The position numbers and the translations under genes are program-made. From positions 92,816,001 through 92,880,000 of the forward strand of contig NW_024704742.1 of the NCBI RefSeq assembly GCF_018977255.1: a stretch of 64,000 nucleotides of DNA, given 5' to 3'. A model generated the notes under the pieces. The model was given only the letters and a program-made list of their open reading frames with translations. It was not told where the DNA came from and did not search any database. The DNA is from Callorhinchus milii. Taxonomy: Eukaryota. This document shows, piece by piece, positions 63,542 through 64,000 of the stretch (the first letter of the stretch is position 1; each line of letters begins with the position of its first letter).

Positions 63542-64000
63542 ACCACTGAGACTCAAGCCCAGAACCATCTGGTCATAAACTCCATAATGAACTAGCTGAG
63601 CCAGGTGGAAAGCTTACATGCAAACAATGCTCTAAGTTGCTCTTTTGCCCTGTAGAATTTCGTAGCTCCATGACCTGAAGCTGCAAGGAGTTTTTTATCA
63701 TACACTCAATCTCCTGAGTCTGGATCAAAGAATCAAAGAATGCTTAGAACCTATCCCCCCCAAAAAGTAAAGAAACTCACCTTTAAATTCACTTTCAAAA
63801 ATGATTCTGCCTTAGAATGATTTGTGAATATAAATTGGAATGTGGGAGAGGCATCAATAGGCATTGGAGTCATATATACTTTAGGTAACAATAGACAGTC
63901 ATCATTTATAAGCAGATTTGCTTTCACAGGAAGGGCATATCATTGCTCAGACGGAGCCATTTGGGATTTTCTAATGATTTGCATATAAGTGGATTTGATA

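Noticed and set aside
59416..64000. SHC3 exon 6 (DxxDYVAYVAKDPVN)
   Set aside because: No matching sequence with splice sites was seen; presumed to lie beyond the window.

Overview
AT-rich vertebrate genomic DNA. The repeat content (CR1, L2, Deu-domain tRNA-SINEs, palindromic Penelope-type elements) suggests a cartilaginous fish; this is an inference from recalled repeat families, not a database result. The only convincing host gene is the 5' half of an SHC-family adaptor on the + strand, most like SHC3/N-Shc. It has five coding exons (23700-24236, 51551-51621, 53917-53980, 54805-54924, 59362-59415) encoding CH2 and most of the PTB domain, and a 27.3-kb first intron. The remaining exons lie beyond the window. 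The rest is intergenic or intronic DNA densely populated by CR1 and L2 fragments (one young L2 at 30837-32472) and by tRNA-derived SINEs that share the L2 3' tail. The most notable observations are: (1) short non-coding fold-back retroelements carrying minimal hammerhead-ribozyme motifs, flanked by 14-bp target-site duplications and reciprocally nested with the SINE; (2) an SHC1-like internal splice acceptor and 'MNKM' start inside SHC3 exon 1, with a candidate upstream ATG-bearing micro-exon; (3) faint Harbinger transposon fossils. Nearly all other ORFs in the track are spurious or repeat-derived. Repeat boundaries are approximate.
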